The notes below the pieces were generated by a model. The model saw only the letters and a program-made list of their open reading frames with translations, was not told the DNA's origin and did not search any database. Shown one piece after another: positions 60,224-64,000 of a stretch of DNA of 64,000 bases. A program made the translations under genes and the position numbers. The stretch covers positions 6,534,963-6,598,962 of the forward strand of contig OZ316893.1 of NCBI GenBank assembly GCA_973895155.1. The letters are read 5' to 3'. The number at the start of each line of letters is the position of its first letter. Position 1 is the stretch's first letter. This DNA comes from Marsupella aquatica. Taxonomy: Eukaryota; Plantae; Marchantiophyta.

Positions 60224-60567
60224 TGTTAGATATTGCTCTAGTCTTGTGACTCATGAGCTAACCACAGTTAGTCTAACTCGGGTTAGGACTTAGCTAATGT
60301 TAGCGGTAGTGCTGGTGTGCATATAGCCAGGGCTGATGCCAGACCCTGGTGGAACTTAGGCTCATTGTTACGGGGCTAGTTGAGAGATAGGGAGAGCTTG
60401 TGCTGTGGATGCTTGGTATGGCCGGTCGGCCTAGAGTGCAGAAAAGCTCTTGTGTGTTCCCGTGGACGTAGCCTCATGTGGAGGTGAACCACGTATCTCT
60501 CTATGTTGACTCTTGTGCGTTGGATGGTTCATGGGCTTGCCGTTGCGAATGTTGTCTATGCTCAACA
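60224..60567 (+). mobile_element. Putative short solo LTR (344 bp)
   Basis: TGTT...AACA ends, TSD ATAAG (60219-60223, 60568-60572), and a U5-type CCCGTGGACGTAG...GAACCACGTA motif. Confidence 0.5.
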
Positions 60568-62519
60568 ATAAGGTGTCTCAAGTGCCCCCATTCCAATGGC
60601 ACCACATGGCACTCACATAGAGAGTATGCCATCATTCCCACCTCTTAGAGATTGTTTTTTGACTAATGGAAGGCTAGGATAAAACAACTTATAAATCCAA
60701 TGGTCATAAAATGTTCCCTTCAACAGTGCTTCTGTAAACGGACGACCCACCGCTTTTGGCGAGACAGAGTATTATAGTAGTAAGATGAACAGTTGAGACC
60801 ACATCATTGAACTCAAACAGACGTAAGTTGTGCTCCACTTCAAATGTCTTCTTTGTCACTGGACCCAAAAGTCCATTTTGGAACACAATGCCATGGGGTT
60901 GTGTGTGGGGGGAAATGGTGGCCTAAGTACCTTAAATAACCAGATTTCAAGCCTGAGACTGAACAAAGAAGGCACACTTCTGATCATTCAAACACAGAAA
61001 GAATATACCGCCGCTAAGCTGAATGAAATGTTGAAAATGAATTCCAGCTAGTGTTTTTTGTCAAACCTTCAGCAGGCATGTTGTCAGTTGATAAAATAAT
61101 ATATGAGTTTGTTGCCCCAAATTAAACAAACTTGCTCACATAGTTACAAACTCCGAATGAATCTGGATATGCTTGGTCCCCTTCTTGGTCCTGCCATGAT
61201 GCGCTGGATTGATACTAATTAAAGTGATTGCAAAAGAAGAATATCAAAAATGATGATGAAACACGGTGGGCCCTACATTTCCAATATCTTTAAAAGGTCA
61301 TTTTTGGTGTGGGACATTTACTATCAAGCTACTAATGCAATACGTAAAAATAAACACAAATTATCTTTGTTTTTAATCAAAATATTACTAGCCCTAGGTG
61401 CTAGCATGCAAATAAGTACAGATCAACACAAAACTTTGGTTGCTAAATCTAAAGATGTAGAGAATATTAAAGCAGCAATTATGAGAGGAAAATTGCTAGC
61501 ATTAAATGTAGTCACTTTGCTTTCCCAAAACCAATAAGACTCCATTATTTGATCCATCCTTTGCAACCAGCTTTGCAACTTCTCTTCTTGACTTTGGGGT
61601 ACAAATCCAATCAACAATAGGAACAACTTCTATTTGAGCTCTTTCCATTCACATCCCTCCATTTGCTTCACATCCCCCCACTTTGCCAAAGCCGGTTTTG
61701 ACTCTGAAATGCACTATTTGAGTCAAACCCCAATTAAATATGTGAATTGCTGCTTTCTCAAGAGTATCAAACATCACAGCCCATTTTTTTCGGTCCAATT
61801 TAAGGTACCATGGCCATAGTCTGTGCACTATTGCCCATATGCTTGGTTTTCCTGAGTGGAGCTTTTAAACTCTCACAATGAAACATTAAGTACTCCCCAA
61901 ATTTCTCAGCTGTTGGGTCCTCTTCGGGTCCTCTTGCACACCTGAAATCCACAGTCAGGCTAAAGCATGCACAATGAGACAAGCAATATGATTTGTCATG
62001 GACTTCTTGATGAACAAAACATTGATGAACGTATCATTTGGCTCTCCTTTGAGCAAATTAACTGATTTCAATCTTCGTACTGTCTCATTGTTGGCGGCCA
62101 AATGTCCCTGAAAACTGTGCCTCTATTTGGTTGCAAAATTAAAGTTGTTATCACTATCAGTGATCAGTGACGCGTTTGACTCTACAGTCTTGCTCCCAAA
62201 CTGCCCATAGTGTTAGGAATTGACTCTATGTTCTTAATTGTGGTTAGTTTGGCCTTACCTAGGTTAGTTAACCTTTTATTGGTGTAGGATAAGACACAAT
62301 TTATTAGGTCCACTCATCTAAGTCCCCTTTGAGCAGTATCATAGGCTGGAGGAAGAACATTCTTTGCATGTACTCTCTCATGCTATGGATGTTTTCGACT
62401 TTTGTCCATTGTCATGTCTTGAGGGTTTAGTGTGTTATTGAGTGCACTTTGATGTTTTGCTTATGTGCTGCCTAGTCTGATCATCCGGTGTCTTACACAT
62501 TGATAAAGCCATCTAGTCT

Positions 62520-64000
62520 CACTAGGTGAAAATAGACCAGTGTTGGGCAGGTACACTATTGCGGCAAGGTATTGATAGCATCCAGATAAAAGATAAGTTA
62601 TTGCAATACCTTACCTCGCAGATATTAAATTTGGCTATACCTTGTATAATACCCTATCTGGCAAGTATAAGCTCTTCCTAAACCCACCTCTACACCAGCC
62701 TGGCAGGTATAGATTCCTACATAGATTTTACTATACCTGTATTACTAACTACTTATACCTCCCATGTATAGAGGGAGGTATAGGCCAGGTATTGATTTAT
62801 GAAAACAAATAGGTGTGAGAAAATTGAATGCAACGTGTACAAAAGTTGGGACAAAAGTGCATTGATTGTTAGTTCTCATTGTTCTCTTGGCTCACAAATT
62901 GAATTCAAGCCCAGCATCTTGACAACCTTCATTGACATAGGCTTGGGTTGGAAATCTTGAGATGTTGATCATAATCTCCAAGAATTGGCCAGATGATTGT
63001 AGGGTGGACAAGGTTGTGGAGATGGTTAACATTAATTGGTGACTTCTTGGCTATTGAATGTGATATCATTGATGCTGCCGAGTATGAGTTGGTTGGTGCG
63101 GGATTGGTGGAGGAGTCTTTGCTATAGTATTTATTTGTTTTGATGGAGACTATCCCTAAAGTCTAAGCACATGTTGTATCACCAAATGTTATATGCAATT
63201 TGAAAAAGGGGATAGAAGACATACATGGGCTAGTAAATAAATACTTATTAAAAAACTTGACCCCATAACTTGGGGTCCTTGTGAAAACCACAAAATCATT
63301 TTTTATCAAGGGAACATTTAAGAAATGTTTTAAGTATCCACTTGGTGTAAAACACAGACTTTCCAGTGTATGTACTACTTTCAAAATTAGAAAATGAAAG
63401 GAGGGGAAGAATTTTCTAGCCTTGATTTCTTGAAGTGAAGACCAATCCATGTTTGGCAAACCTGTATTGAATTACCTGACCACCGTTTTGATCATCAGAC
63501 GGTCTAAACGGAAGTGTGGATCAATAATACCAACAGGTGTCCAATTTTTGTCCTCCTATTTCATAAAACCTCCTAATTCCAATTTGAGGTATGGTCCAAC
63601 ACAAATGGGATCTCATTTTTTGTCTTATGTTTTTAATGAAGCCCCCTAATTACAGCTTGAGGAATGGTCAAACACTAACAGCATTTGAATTATTGACCTC
63701 CTGTTCTTTTAAAGCCTTTATTTTTGCCCCTAATACCAATTCAAGGAATGGTCAAACCTCTCAATATATTTTTGTCCTGACTCCCGTTCTTCAAAGCCCC
63801 CTACTTGCAGTCAAACTTGAAGAACTCTACTGCAGCTGTTCACCGTGAATAGTGTTATGTAAGAATTAGCCTTACTACAAAATTAGTGTTGCTAATGCTA
63901 ATTTTGTTGAAAGTGACCATGCATGAATACAAAGTAACACTTTCTTGTCAGTTTCTCAAAATAGTTTTGCCGGCTTTGGTCTAAAGCGCTAGTAAAACAT
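62520..64000. mobile_element. Probable terminus of a fourth CACTA element, running off the window
   Basis: CACTAGGTGAAAA at 62520 followed by clustered AGGTAT/ATACCT subterminal motifs (62565-62795). Confidence 0.55.

Noticed and set aside
60570-62200. Degenerate LINE reverse-transcriptase remnant on the minus strand
   Set aside because: Only faint hints (FTYLIG-like, Trp-rich segments) amid many stops; not enough to call without a translated search.

Overview
Eukaryotic, intron-bearing, repeat-dominated DNA, most likely land-plant heterochromatin (the species cannot be determined from the sequence). No host gene is evident. The window resolves into nested transposons, most with termini and target-site duplications (TSDs) visible. 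A Ty3/Gypsy integrase (8204-8470 + 46206-46975) is hit by CACTA-1 (3' end at 8203) and by a Mutator-like element (8471-46205, TSD TAAGTGGGTG). The Mutator-like transposase is split by CACTA-2 (17841-44655), which is in turn split by an apparently intact CACTA-3 (22196-39251). The most notable candidate system is the Mutator-like element. It carries a divergently oriented, spliced gene joining a ParB/Srx-like domain to a beta-class N4/N6 DNA-methyltransferase-like domain, plus 17 copies of a 15-bp palindrome (TAGCGCC-S-GGCGCTA) found only in its introns, intergenic region and ends, reminiscent of ParB/parS and of VANDAL/VANC anti-silencing. The CACTAs carry chromatin cargo: an EDM2-like composite PHD, another PHD-like finger, tandem BRCT, an F-box, and a SET exon inside a transposase transcription unit. 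To the right are ~4-kb LTRs that themselves encode a large protein, two small non-autonomous TIR elements, a short solo LTR and the start of a fourth CACTA. All domain calls were made by eye from motifs; no searches were run.
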